Part shown: one piece after another, positions 63,428 to 64,000 of the stretch | Layout: each line of letters begins with the position of its first letter | Numbering within the stretch: the stretch's first letter is position 1 | The notes under the pieces: model-generated | Database searches by the model: none | Told to the model about the DNA's origin: nothing | Seen by the model: only the letters and a program-made list of their open reading frames with translations | Assembly: GCA_040285825.1 (NCBI GenBank) | Contig: JAUPSS010000007.1 | Span: 3,012,689 to 3,076,688, forward strand | Direction: 5' to 3' | Origin: Eukaryota sp. TZLM1-RC | Lineage: Eukaryota > Protista > Metamonada: BaSk clade | DNA: 64,000 nt | Program-made: the position numbers and the translations under genes

Positions 63428-63499
63428 GGAGTTGTAGCTTAGGGGTAGAGCGGCTGATTGCAGATCAGCAGGTCACGTGTTCAAATCACGTCAACTCCT
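63428..63499 (+). tRNA. tRNA-Cys (GCA)
   Basis: Acceptor GGAGTTG/CAACTCC, D stem GCTT/GAGC, anticodon stem GCTGA/TCAGC with loop TTGCAGA, T arm ACGTG-TTCAAAT-CACGT, downstream T-run terminator. Confidence 0.95.
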
Positions 63500-63814
63500 T
63501 TTTATTTTCCATCACAGAACACACTGCTGTTTCTGTGTGTACAATGTTATGCACAAGAACAACTGTGGTTCACCTTGAAAATAGCAGCCATTGTGATTTT
63601 TTTTCAATTGCCGTCTCTTGTGTTATTTTTCATTGGCGGTCTGTTCCTGTGCTTGGAGTTATGGATATTGTATGTCATCATTAATGACTTGCTGTACCTA
63701 TATTTTGAAAATTTTATAGACCAGTAAAAATTGACTAGACATTTAAAATTTAAATAGATTTAAACCAAACCCAAATTGTTTTGATAAAAATAAATTAGAT
63801 TTTCTACATTTTTT

Positions 63815-64000
63815 CCTTATGAAGACCCTATAATGGATCAAAATTTTTACGGCACATACTGGGAAAATTATCCATTGATGCCATCAGAAGTTTTTTCGGT
63901 TATCAAAAAGAGACCTCGTGGTAAGTCTGCCGGACTTTCTGGTATTACTATTGATCATGTAAAAGCCGCGATTATTTCTTCAGAAGATTGCCTTGGTTTA
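63815..64000 (+). mobile_element. Non-LTR RT N-terminal fragment (runs off the window)
   Basis: YWENYP..EVFSVIKKRPRGKSAGLSGITIDHVK. Confidence 0.7.

Noticed and set aside
1-64000. Bacterial RT systems (retron, DGR, group II intron) or CRISPR arrays
   Set aside because: Spliceosomal introns, poly(A) tails, TSDs and RLE domains show eukaryotic retrotransposons; no repeat-spacer array seen

Overview
AT-rich eukaryotic (probably protist) DNA; the host genes have 29-33 nt GT-AG introns. About 85% of the window is mobile DNA. (1) A dense mosaic of nested, mostly 5'-truncated non-LTR retrotransposons of the RT + restriction-like endonuclease (RLE; CRE/R2-type) architecture. It has at least 9 families (my labels A-I) on both strands, with short AATAAA/poly(A) 3' ends and 10-12 bp TSDs showing that the families insert into one another. 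(2) One full-length but degenerate Ty3/gypsy LTR element (32553-39930) with a C-terminal chromodomain-like region, plus an inverted segmental duplicate of its 5' half (13543-17799). (3) A ~1.75 kb tandem amplification (25.5-31.3 kb). (4) A 5'-truncated pogo-type DD35D transposase. Host islands: a six-exon pepD-like M20 dipeptidase with a 6-nt micro-exon, a cyclin-fold gene, two small hypothetical ORFs and tRNA-Cys(GCA). Top observation: the gypsy Gag 'stop' is the first of two in-frame UGA codons that sit exactly at Cys1 and Cys4 of a CX2CX4HX4C zinc knuckle (UGA-N-F-C-K-Q-M-G-H-P-T-E-R-UGA-P). This suggests UGA recoding to Cys or Sec. Fragment boundaries were read by eye and are approximate unless a TSD or LTR is cited.
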